Below, piece by piece: positions 20,238 through 29,123 of a DNA stretch of 64,000 bases. A program made the position numbers and the translations under genes. Where the stretch lies: the NCBI GenBank assembly GCA_900547955.1, contig URIR01000003.1, positions 11,711-75,710 on the forward strand, written 5' to 3'. The DNA comes from an uncultured Eubacteriales bacterium (GTDB lineage Bacteria > Bacillota > Clostridia > Christensenellales > QALW01). Every line of letters begins with the position of its first letter. Positions within the stretch are counted from its first letter, which is position 1. Under the pieces are notes generated by a model. It saw nothing but the letters and a program-made list of their open reading frames with translations, made no database searches and was not told where the DNA came from.

Positions 20238-21243
20238 AGAAGCTTTCCTGTTTGGGAAATTGCTGAGGGAATGCTCGTTTTAACGGCTTAAGGCGGATAA
20301 AACGGCCGGCGGTTTGGGTAGGCTGAGAGATTAGACTGCCGGACGGCAGGCTGAAGGATTAGGCCGCCGGGCGGCAGAGTCAACCCTTCCTATGGGTTTA
20401 AGCCCCGCCGTGCCCAATCGGGCGGGGCGGGATGAGCCAGGCAGAGTTAGGCGAGCGGGCCGGGCTGGGGACTGCGCTTAGGCGCAGGGCTTAAACGGCT
20501 CATACTTAGGCGGCCGCGCTTCTTCGCATGGCGGAAAAGCGTATGGCGCGCTGCTCGGGATTTTGCCTTAACGCGGCTTGGTTTGCCGGTGCGCGGCGGG
20601 TCTGAGCTTAAGCTTTGTTTTCGCCGCAGAAGGATAAAGCTGCGTTTTGCGCTCATGCTAGAGCGCCGGGCTGCCGCGGTCAGCGGATATTCTGCGTTAA
20701 AGCGCTGCGCTGCGATATGGCAGGCCGAGGCTTTGAGTTAATACCCTTTGACGGCTCCGATGAGGCGAAGCATGGGTTTTGGCTAAAGGGCTTTGTTGAC
20801 GCCGATACGGCGGGGTTTGCGCTTTGAGCAAAAGGTTTTGCCGGTCACGGCATGGCGAGGCCCTGCGTTTTGAGTTAATACGCAGCGTTTTGCGGCTTTG
20901 GCGCCGGCGCGCAGGTGCTGAATGAGCGCGGTTGATATGCGTTGAAGCGCCGGATTTAAGTCGTATTTCGGATTGCAGGCGCTTATACGGGCACTTGTTC
21001 TAAGCGTGCCGCAGGGATACGAGCGGTTTAACGAGCTGAGCAAAACCAAGAGCGCCGTTTCGGAATAATGGGCGCTTAAGGCTTGAGCCGGCAGGAGCGG
21101 CCGGCTGGGGTAAAAGGCAGGAAAATTCCCCGGAAACAGAAAATCAGGTCCCCCGCGGGCGCGGCTGAGCGGGTATAATTACCCCTTGCCCGCATAGGGA
21201 TTTTATATATTTTTCTTAAAAAATTTACGGAGGTGGAACCTAA
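20238..21243. repeat. About 1-kb GC-rich degenerate repeat and hairpin block between rpmJ and rpsM
   Basis: I see no credible ORF here. TTA(A/G)G-centred units recur every 30-45 bp. Small perfect hairpins are present (ctgcgc-ttag-gcgcag, agcttaagct, agccggc-aggagcg-gccggct). A decayed cloverleaf lies at 20396-20496. Confidence 0.75.
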
Positions 21244-21615
21244 ATGGCACGTATTGCCGGAATAGATCTTCCCAGAGAAAAGCGTATAGAAGTGGGAATC
21301 AGAAGCATTTATGGCATAGGTCCTGCTCGTTCTAAGGAGATTCTCGCCGCGACAGGGGTTAATCCTGATACGCGCGTGCGCGACCTTACCGACGACGAGG
21401 TAAACAGGCTCAGAGACTATATAGACAAGAATATCAAGGTGGAGGGCGACCTTCGCCGCGAGGTATCTCTTAATATCAAGCGGCTTATTGAGATAGGCTG
21501 CTACCGCGGTATTCGTCACCGCAAGGGCCTGCCCGTGCGCGGACAGAGCACCAAGCAGAACGCGCGCACCCGCAAAGGTCCCAAGAAGATTGTTGCGGGC
21601 AAGAAGAAAAAGTAA
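21244..21615 (+). CDS. rpsM: 30S ribosomal protein S13
   Basis: 123 aa; [14 protein letters not shown]... matches uS13. Confidence 0.98.
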   Translation: MARIAGIDLPREKRIEVGIRSIYGIGPARSKEILAATGVNPDTRVRDLTDDEVNRLRDYIDKNIKVEGDLRREVSLNIKRLIEIGCYRGIRHRKGLPVRGQSTKQNARTRKGPKKIVAGKKKK

Positions 21616-21631
21616 GGGGAGGTTTGAATAA

Positions 21632-22033
21632 ATGGCAAAGCCTACTAATATTAAGAGAGGCGTGCGCCGCCGCGTTGAAAAAAAGAATATCGAGCGGGGT
21701 GCGGCTCATATCTGCTCGTCCTTTAATAATACTATAGTAACTATAACTGATACTGCCGGAAACGCCATAAGCTGGGCGAGCGCAGGAGGCCTGGGCTTCC
21801 GCGGCTCCAAGAAGAGCACTCCCTTCGCTGCGCAGATGGCGTCCGAGACGGCTGCTAAAGCGGCTATGGAGCATGGGCTCAGAACAGTAGAGGTATATGT
21901 TAAGGGCCCCGGTTCGGGACGCGAGGCCGCAATAAGAGCGCTGCAGGCTGCAGGACTGGAAATCAGCATGATTAAGGATGTCACACCCATCCCCCATAAC
22001 GGCTGCCGTCCTCCCAAGCGCAGAAGAGTATAA
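21632..22033 (+). CDS. rpsK: 30S ribosomal protein S11
   Basis: 133 aa; uS11 pattern. Confidence 0.98.
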   Translation: MAKPTNIKRGVRRRVEKKNIERGAAHICSSFNNTIVTITDTAGNAISWASAGGLGFRGSKKSTPFAAQMASETAAKAAMEHGLRTVEVYVKGPGSGREAAIRALQAAGLEISMIKDVTPIPHNGCRPPKRRRV

Positions 22034-22053
22034 AGGATAGGAGGATATTAAAT

Positions 22054-22680
22054 ATGGCTAGATATACAGACGCTGTCTGCCGTCAGTGCCGCAGAGAAAA
22101 TCAAAAGCTGTTTCTGAAGGGCAGCCGCTGCTATAGTGAAAAATGCCCCGTTACAAAGCGCGGGACCATACCCGGCCAGCACGGCGCGGGCCGCCGCGGC
22201 AAGGTAGGAGAATACGGCCTCCAGCTCCGTGAGAAGCAGAAGGCTAAGAGAACCTACGGGGTGCTGGAGAGGCAGTTCCGCAAATATTTTGAGATGGCCG
22301 AGCACACCAAGGGAGTTACGGGTGAAAATATGCTGGCGCTGCTTGAATGCAGGTTGGATAACGTAGTTTATCGTCTGGGCTTCGGCGTATCCCGTCCTCA
22401 GGCCCGCCAGGTGGTCAATCACGGCCACATTTTGGTGAACGGCAAGCGTGTGGACATTCCCTCCTATATAGTTAAGGCGGGAGACGTTATAAGCATATGT
22501 CCCAAGAGCGCCGAAAAGGAGCAGTTTAAGGTGCTGCGTGAGGGTACGGGCAGGCTTATCCCTCAATGGCTGAGCCTGGACAGCGCCAATCTTACCGGTA
22601 CGGTGGTCAGCATACCCAAGCGCGAGGAGATAGACCTCCAGATTGCCGAACACCTTATTGTCGAGCTGTACTCTAAATAA
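22054..22680 (+). CDS. rpsD: 30S ribosomal protein S4
   Basis: 208 aa; [15 protein letters not shown]... matches uS4. Confidence 0.98.
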   Translation: MARYTDAVCRQCRRENQKLFLKGSRCYSEKCPVTKRGTIPGQHGAGRRGKVGEYGLQLREKQKAKRTYGVLERQFRKYFEMAEHTKGVTGENMLALLECRLDNVVYRLGFGVSRPQARQVVNHGHILVNGKRVDIPSYIVKAGDVISICPKSAEKEQFKVLREGTGRLIPQWLSLDSANLTGTVVSIPKREEIDLQIAEHLIVELYSK

Positions 22681-22724
22681 TGAGGCATTGCCCTCATCGA
22701 CCATAAAGGAGGGTTCCGTAAAAA

Positions 22725-23672
22725 ATGATAGAAATAGAAAAGCCCATGATAGAATGCAGACAGCTCAGCCCGGACAACCGCTATGCGCAGATTGTAGTAG
22801 AGCCCCTGCAGAGAGGCTTTGGCAATACCATAGGCAACTCTCTTCGCCGTATTTTGCTGTCCTCTCTGCCCGGCGTTGCCGTAACCAGCGTGCGGATAGA
22901 CGGAGTGCTGCATGAATTTTCCACGATAGAAGGCGTTTCGGAGGACGTTACCGAAATAGTGCTCAATATCAAGGGGATTTCAGCGAAAATGCATTCGGAT
23001 ACGCCTGTGACGGCCAGCATACGCGCAAAAGGGCCCTGCGAGGTTACCGCCGGAAGCATAACGGGGGATTCCAGCCTTGAGATTATCAATACCGACCATC
23101 ATATCGCCACGCTGAGCGAAGGGGCGACTCTCAATATGGATTTGGTCTTTGCCAAGGGCATAGGCTATGTGGGAGCGGATAAGAACAAGACGGAGGATAT
23201 GACCATAGATACCATAGCGGTGGATTCCATATATACTCCTATAACCAAGGTGAATTATTCTGTGGAGCCCGCGCGCGTGGGCCGCAGCTCTGATTACGAC
23301 AGGCTGGTTCTGGACGTTTGGACTAACGGCTCCATTAATCCTAAAGAGGCGGTCAGCCTGGCTGCCAAGATATTGAACGATTATCTGGCGCTGTTTATCA
23401 ATCTGGTAGACAACGTAGGCGGCCTGGAGATGATGGTGGAAAAGGAAGAGGAGAAGAAAACCAAGGTTCTGGAAATGACCATAGACGAGCTGGATTTATC
23501 CGTGCGTTCCTATAACTGCCTTAAGCGCGCCGGTATAAACACCGTAGACGAGCTTATACAGCGGGACGAGGTGGATATGATGAAGGTGCGCAACCTGGGC
23601 AGAAAGTCCCTTGAAGAGGTGCGCCAGAGGCTTGCTTCCTTAGGCCTGTCCCTGAAAAAAGGCGACGAATAA
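22725..23672 (+). CDS. rpoA: DNA-directed RNA polymerase subunit alpha
   Basis: 315 aa; N-terminal domain plus the C-terminal [16 protein letters not shown] helix-hairpin-helix. Confidence 0.98.
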   Translation: MIEIEKPMIECRQLSPDNRYAQIVVEPLQRGFGNTIGNSLRRILLSSLPGVAVTSVRIDGVLHEFSTIEGVSEDVTEIVLNIKGISAKMHSDTPVTASIRAKGPCEVTAGSITGDSSLEIINTDHHIATLSEGATLNMDLVFAKGIGYVGADKNKTEDMTIDTIAVDSIYTPITKVNYSVEPARVGRSSDYDRLVLDVWTNGSINPKEAVSLAAKILNDYLALFINLVDNVGGLEMMVEKEEEKKTKVLEMTIDELDLSVRSYNCLKRAGINTVDELIQRDEVDMMKVRNLGRKSLEEVRQRLASLGLSLKKGDE

Positions 23673-23756
23673 TAGAAACGGGCTCGCCGTCTTGCCGGCA
23701 CAAGGCGGCAGCGAGCATTATGAATATGCAATTATGCCGGAGAAAAGGAGCAGAAA

Positions 23757-24269
23757 ATGCCTGGTAACAGAAAGCTTAACCGTCCCAGCGACCAGAGGAA
23801 CGCAGTACTTCGCGGACTGTGTACCGCTCTTATCGCTAATGGACGCATAGAGACCACCGAGGCCCGCGCCAAGGAGGTTCGTAAAATAACCGAGAAGCTG
23901 ATAACCCTTGCTATGCGCGATTATGCCGGCGAGGTAGAAGTGACTAAGCAGGTGCGCAACGAGAAGAAGCAGCTTGTGGACGAGACCTTTAAGACGGATA
24001 CGCCTGCCAAGCTGCATGCCCGCCGTCAGCTTATGGCATATCTTTATAATGTGCCAGAAAAGAGGATGGAAGGGGAGAGCAAGCTGCTTTACAAGCAGAG
24101 GCTCAAGGAAGTCAATAATCCCGTTGTGGAGAAGCTTTTCCGTGAGCTGGCGCCTAAATATGCGCAGCGCAAGGAAGAGAAGGGCACGGGCGGCGGTTAT
24201 ACCCGCATAATTAAAAAAGGTCCTCGCCGCGGCGACGCGGCCGAGATGGTCATTCTCGAGCTTATTTAA
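23757..24269 (+). CDS. rplQ: 50S ribosomal protein L17 (extended, 170 aa)
   Basis: The bL17 core is present ([17 protein letters not shown]..., [19 protein letters not shown]). There are about 50 extra residues in two internal stretches compared with the ~120-aa Bacillus protein. Confidence 0.95.
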   Translation: MPGNRKLNRPSDQRNAVLRGLCTALIANGRIETTEARAKEVRKITEKLITLAMRDYAGEVEVTKQVRNEKKQLVDETFKTDTPAKLHARRQLMAYLYNVPEKRMEGESKLLYKQRLKEVNNPVVEKLFRELAPKYAQRKEEKGTGGGYTRIIKKGPRRGDAAEMVILELI

Positions 24270-24307
24270 GTAGTAAATAATTATACGCTGTTTCCCGGGC
24301 ATCTGCT

Positions 24308-24509
24308 TTTAGGAGCGCCTAAGCAGTTAAAGGGCCAGGGGGGCGGCGCGCCGCCCGGCCGAGCCAAAGGCTCGGCCGGGCCAGGCGGCCCGCATAATCC
24401 GGGGGCTTTTAGCCCCCGGATTATGCGGGCCGCCTGCTTTTGGCGCCCGTAAGGGCGCCAAAAGGGCGCGCCGCCCCCCTGGCCCTTTAACTGCTTAGGC
24501 GCTCCTAAA
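24308..24509. repeat. GC-rich cloverleaf palindrome (four-way junction), large member
   Basis: Perfect 45-bp outer arms at 24308-24352 and 24465-24509. They enclose three abutting perfect hairpins at 24353-24381, 24382-24436 and 24437-24464, with no unpaired junction nucleotide. Confidence 0.9.
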
Positions 24510-24528
24510 TTTATTTATCAGAATTTAT

Positions 24529-24948
24529 CTATACCCAAAAGAAGCCGGACTGCATGCTGCAGATCTGGCTTTTTCCTGTATTGGGATATAATTTGCGCTT
24601 CCTCTTTTGAAAGCTCTGTCTCCAAAAACGCGTTCCCATATCAGGACGAATATCCAGCAGTTCATTTGGATTCACTTTAAGAACGTTGCAGATAGAAGCG
24701 AGAATGTCTACGTCGGGGCGGTTAAGGCCCTGCTCCCAGTTGGATACGCGCGCATTGCTCACACTAATAAGCTTGGCAAATTTGATACCGTTGCGTATAA
24801 AGCGGGCATATTTCCGGCGGTATTTAAAAAATGCTTGATGGCCGGCGCACGATATATTCGGAGCAGTATAAGGCAATTTGCCAGGCGCTGGGGGTGGGGC
24901 TGAAACATTTTTAAATATTAAATTGGCATAGCCGGCTTCAAAAAGCAA
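24529..24948 (-). CDS. XRE-family helix-turn-helix protein (start uncertain, possibly decayed)
   Basis: The central stretch IKFAKLISVSNARVSNWEQGLNRPDVDILASICNVLKVNPNELL fits the Cro/C1 HTH pattern. The roughly 40-aa N-terminal extension has no recognisable feature. Confidence 0.5.
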   Translation of the reverse strand: MLFEAGYANLIFKNVSAPPPAPGKLPYTAPNISCAGHQAFFKYRRKYARFIRNGIKFAKLISVSNARVSNWEQGLNRPDVDILASICNVLKVNPNELLDIRPDMGTRFWRQSFQKRKRKLYPNTGKSQICSMQSGFFWV

Positions 24949-24975
24949 GCAAACGGATAAAGAATTTCTTGATGA

Positions 24976-26362
24976 GGATTACAGAGCCAGGGCGACCTTG
25001 TCTCTGCCCGCAGCCAAGGAGAAACTGGCGAGCGACATAATGTTTGTATATCCACAAGCGCGGATGTAGAGGAGGTGATGGTTGAAATGCTTTTTAATCT
25101 TAAGGCGCACGCTGAAAATTCGCAGGCCAGCGTTAAGGTCGGCGTCGTTATATTTAATAAGCAGGCTAACGTAACCTGTGTCCTTACCGATATTCAGACG
25201 GGCTATGAGGATATTTTAGAGGGCATCAGGACGGATATAAGCAGCGGCACCAATACTCATGCCGGTATCTTAGCGGGCAAAAAAATGCTGGATGAGGATT
25301 GCGCGGTGCCGGCCAGGCGAAAATATCTGATTTTTATAAGCGATGCGATAACATATATATAACGAAGAGCCTGCTGCTATTCCATCGCAGTTTGCGGAAA
25401 ACGCCGTATTTGCTGGTCCGGACGCATGGGCTAATAAATATCAGAATAATAATCCTCCAAGCGACTGTAATGAATTTTTGACTTCCGTCGGCGTTCAGAT
25501 TGAGGCGGATGGAGATACCTTTGAAGCAAACTACGGAGCAAAGGAGCCGTTTATCCCCTATTCAGAACGCAGCGGGCATGCTATGACGGTAGCTAAGGCG
25601 CTGTATAATACGGCCATGGCTTATAAAAGCGCCCAGGATGCGGGATATACCTGCTATGCCATAACAGCTTCCGCGTCGGCAGCCGCCTCCGAGCAATATT
25701 CATGGGGCCCTTCCTTTATGAATTATCTGGCTCAGGGAGAGAAGGTATCCTTTGACGGAATATACAATGAGGCAATATATCTTTTGGATGCGGGCAGCAG
25801 GGTTATTGACGTAATAGGCAGCGGGTAAGGCCAGTATAGGGACGGAGAGCTTATTGATAAGGGATATAATTTTGTAAACAGTCCGGAGACGCTGGAATTG
25901 AAGGTAGGGGAAGATAAATACGCGCTGACCCGGCTGGAGAATAAGGTATATGCCTTTGGAGAGGAGAACGGACAAAATCAATATCCCTTCATACTGCGTT
26001 ATTATCCCGAGGGGACTGCCTCAGAGCCGCGCGAGCATTTAGTTTGGGAAATTAACGCGCCGGTGGATATAACCAGACGGGCGAGCCTTACATATACTGT
26101 GGAGCTTGCCGACCCGCAGTCTGAGGCAGGGCTGTACACGCAGCTTTATACCAATGAGGAGGCAATTATATATCCTGTGGATACATGCGGCAGCGAAGGC
26201 GAGGGAGAATATTTTGAAAGACTTGCGGCAGCTTACAGAATTTTGCCTATGGAGGAGGAGCACCCGACGGGAGACGCCGGAGTTCTTCTGCTATGCTGCA
26301 TATTGGGCGTATGCGTCTCAGCCGTAATTTTGCTTAAAGTCTTAAAGGTCAGAAACGAATAG
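24976..26362 (+). pseudogene. Remnant of a vWA-domain, sortase-anchored surface protein
   Basis: Three ORF fragments (25075-25362, 25478-25828, 25898-26362) read through as one protein if two lesions are repaired. One is a frameshift at the (AT)4A tract at 25353-25361; the other is an in-frame TAA at 25826-25828. vWA motifs are present (SGTNTHAGI, LIFISDA). The C-terminus is HPTGD followed by a TM segment and a basic tail. The signal peptide and the DxSxS motif are missing. Confidence 0.75.
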
Positions 26363-26459
26363 AGGCCGGGGAGCAATTAGAAAACATTTAGTGCAGGAAA
26401 AACTCCTGGTCAGGGCGGGCCGCACGGCTATACTCCTGGATAAAGGCTGACGCTGCCAG

Positions 26460-26501
26460 AATAATGGACCGTCCATAATAGGATGGTCCATTATTTTTTT
26501 T
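26460..26501 (+). terminator. Intrinsic terminator after the vWA remnant
   Basis: Stem aataatggacc / ggtccattatt followed by a T-run. Confidence 0.65.
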
Positions 26502-26509
26502 GCGCCGGC

Positions 26510-26996
26510 GGAACCGTTCCGAGAGACTGATGAAATTGTACTGAGCTGGAAAAAGAGAAGAAAAGGGAAGCGGAACGTGAGAAAAATTTGTCTAGTATAT
26601 GAACAATTATAAGCATACTATATTTGGATATAACCATTTATTCCCTGTAAAAACCTGTGTAAAAAATCGTGAAAAGCAATAAAATTTAAAAAAAATCAGA
26701 AAAAAACGCAAAAATCTATTGCTTATCCACAGGTTTTTTGGTATCATTTATATTGCCGTCAGCGATTAGAGTAGCGCGGCGGCGATTTATAGTTCGGAGC
26801 TTAAAATGCTTTAAAAATATGCAAATCGCCCTTATATGGGCGTTTTTAGCCATTTAGGCCAATGAATAAATCTAGGGATTGTGCCTTATTTTAATAGGTC
26901 ATACACCATATAGAGTTATCAACAGCCTGTGGAAAAGTTTTGGACTATAAATTGTACTTTTTACTCGGTTAATATTTTTCTGGGGGTTGTTGAAGC
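26510..26996. promoter_or_regulatory. oriC-like AT-rich spacer with DnaA boxes upstream of dnaA
   Basis: One perfect DnaA box TTATCCACA at 26723-26731. TTATCAACA at 26916-26924 faces TGTGGAAAA at 26928-26936 (complement TTTTCCACA). Long A/T tracts lie around 26660-26715. Confidence 0.6.
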
Positions 26997-28322
26997 ATGC
27001 AGGATGCAAGTGAAATCTGGGCAAAGGTATCCGCCGTATTAAAAGAGACAAAGGAGATATCCAGCTTGGCCTATACTACCTGGCTTGCGTCTATAAAGCC
27101 GGCGCTTTTTCGGAACGACTGCCTATATCTGGTAGTACCCTCGGCGCTGCACCGAAATCATATTGTAGGAAACAGCAATTATAAAATATATATCAATACT
27201 GCGCTTAATATGGTCACGGGCAAGGAATGCTCTGTTGAGCTGCTGCTGGAGGGAGAAGTCAAGGATGTTATGCAGAGCGCCGTCCAGCCCAATAAATGGC
27301 CTATGCTCAACGACAAATATACCTTTGAAACCTTTGTTATAGGTCCCAGCAATCAGTTTGCCCAGGCGGCGGCTTTAAGCGTAGCCGAAGCGCCTGCTAC
27401 GCAGAATAACCCGCTTTTTATATACGGCGGCGTAGGGCTGGGCAAGACCCATTTAATGCATGCTATAGGCAACTATGTTTTGGAGCAGAATCCGGCTGTG
27501 CGCGTTTTATATACCACCTGTGAGAAATATACAAACGAATATATAGATTCCATACCTAAGAACCGGGTTGCAGCCTTTAGAGAGCATTACAGGAACAACG
27601 TGGATATTCTAATGATAGACGATATCCAGTTCCTCACCCGCAAGGAGCGTATTCAGGAGGAATTTTTCCATAATATTAACGAATTAGTATCGGCGAACAA
27701 GCAGATAATTATAACCAGCGACCGGCCGCCGCGGGATATAGCCACGCTGGAGGATAGGCTGCGCTCCCGCTTTGAGGGCGGATTGATAGTGGATATAACG
27801 CCGCCTGATTTGGAGACAAGAGTTGCTATTCTGCGCCTTAAGGCCGAGGCCTTTGGGGCGGTATTGGATAACGAGCTGCTGTTTTACATAGCCGAGCGGG
27901 CAAGCGACAACGTGCGCGAATTGGAAGGCTCTCTTAAGCGGGTTATAGCTTATTCCAGCATAATGGGGCAGGATATAACCTTTGAGCTGGTTTCGGAGGC
28001 TTTAAAGGACTATAACGCCGTACAGCAGCGCACCTTGACCGTGGATAAAATCATGGAGACGGTAGCGGAGTATTACGGCGTGGAGGTAGAGGAATTGGTG
28101 GGCAAAAAAAGAGACGCGGCTATAGTTATGCCCAGGCATATAGCTATGTATCTCTGCCGTGAGCATACCGACCTGTCTTTTCCCCGCATAGGAGACGAAT
28201 TTGGGGGCCGGGACCATTCTACCGTTATAAACGGCATAGGCAAGATACATCAGGCGCTTAAGACGGACCCTAAGGTAAAAACCTATGTGGAGGACATAGA
28301 GCGCCGGCTTCAAGGGGTTTAA
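26997..28322 (+). CDS. dnaA: Chromosomal replication initiator protein DnaA
   Basis: 441 aa; AAA+ Walker A GGVGLGKTHL; C-terminal DNA-binding domain DHSTVINGIGKI. Confidence 0.98.
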   Translation: MQDASEIWAKVSAVLKETKEISSLAYTTWLASIKPALFRNDCLYLVVPSALHRNHIVGNSNYKIYINTALNMVTGKECSVELLLEGEVKDVMQSAVQPNKWPMLNDKYTFETFVIGPSNQFAQAAALSVAEAPATQNNPLFIYGGVGLGKTHLMHAIGNYVLEQNPAVRVLYTTCEKYTNEYIDSIPKNRVAAFREHYRNNVDILMIDDIQFLTRKERIQEEFFHNINELVSANKQIIITSDRPPRDIATLEDRLRSRFEGGLIVDITPPDLETRVAILRLKAEAFGAVLDNELLFYIAERASDNVRELEGSLKRVIAYSSIMGQDITFELVSEALKDYNAVQQRTLTVDKIMETVAEYYGVEVEELVGKKRDAAIVMPRHIAMYLCREHTDLSFPRIGDEFGGRDHSTVINGIGKIHQALKTDPKVKTYVEDIERRLQGV

Positions 28323-28416
28323 AAACTGTTTCGTGCCGGACGGGCAATAAGGGCTGAGCATAAAGGCGCAGAGGCTAAGGCGTGCAGCACCGCTCAGACG
28401 GGGAGAATAAGCTAAA

Positions 28417-28504
28417 CAACCCGGCGGCGCCGCGGCCTGCGGCCGCGGGCCGGGCCTTTTGGCCCGGCCGGGCAGGCGCAAAGCGCCTGCGCGCCGCCGG
28501 GTTG
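28417..28504. repeat. GC-rich cloverleaf palindrome (four-way junction), member 2
   Basis: Outer stem caacccggcggcgc (28417-28430) pairs with gcgccgccgggttg (28491-28504). It encloses cgcggcc-tgc-ggccgcg (28431-28447), ggccgggcc-tttt-ggcccggcc (28448-28469) and gcaggcgc-aaa-gcgcctgc (28472-28490). Confidence 0.88.
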
Positions 28505-28838
28505 ATGATATTGAAAAACAAGTTAAGCTGCCGTCCTTTCGGTATGCGTTGATACTGTCTGCCGGCAGTCGTGCGCCCGCACGATAAGGCAAAATATGAG
28601 GAATGCCTTCCGTCTATTCGGGCGGAGGGCAATTTTAAATTTAGGCTTGCAACAATTGTTTTTATCATTTATGGTATGAACATATAAAGATTTTGAAACT
28701 CATTTATATCAGACAGGATAATAACTCTGTTTTTTGCCAGCAGAATATCAGATTAAAAGACGTATTTCACTTTCGGTTTTTGGTGGCAGGGACGCATTTT
28801 TTTATGAGTTGAGGAATTAGAATTTAAAAGGAGGGATA

Positions 28839-29114
28839 GACAATACAGTCAAAGCGCAATGCGTTTTTCATAATGCCCGTCGCGTCCGCTTTGCTGCGCG
28901 GTCATAAAAATATGCCCGGTATGTCTTTAATTGCGCGCCGCGCGGGTGTCAACGGGTTCTTATGCAAAAATCTCCGCCCGCATAGAAAAAGGGAATCTTC
29001 CAGCTTTGCAAGGCGGCAGGACGCAGAAATACCAGGCGTATTTTAAGGACGACAACGCAGCAAAACCGAGCAATTCACACTTTCGTCGGCGTACTGTACT
29101 CTGATTGTATTGTC
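28839..29114. mobile_element. MITE family 1, full-length copy (276 bp), TA-flanked
   Basis: Termini GACAATACAGTCAAAG... and ...CTGATTGTATTGTC are inverted. TA lies on both sides (28837-28838 and 29115-29116). By eye it is roughly 80% identical to the copy at 34174-34457. Confidence 0.8.
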
Positions 29115-29123
29115 TAAGTAAAG

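Noticed and set aside
20447-21519. ORFs 20447-20656 (-), 20615-20827 (+), 20783-21049 (-) and 21076-21519 (-).
   Set aside because: They lie within the GC-rich repeat block or antisense to rpsM. Their composition is Arg/Ala/Pro-rich and no motifs are present.
28002-28668. Minus-strand ORFs 28002-28592 and 28375-28668.
   Set aside because: They are antisense to the dnaA 3' end and read across the cloverleaf. The sequence is low complexity.
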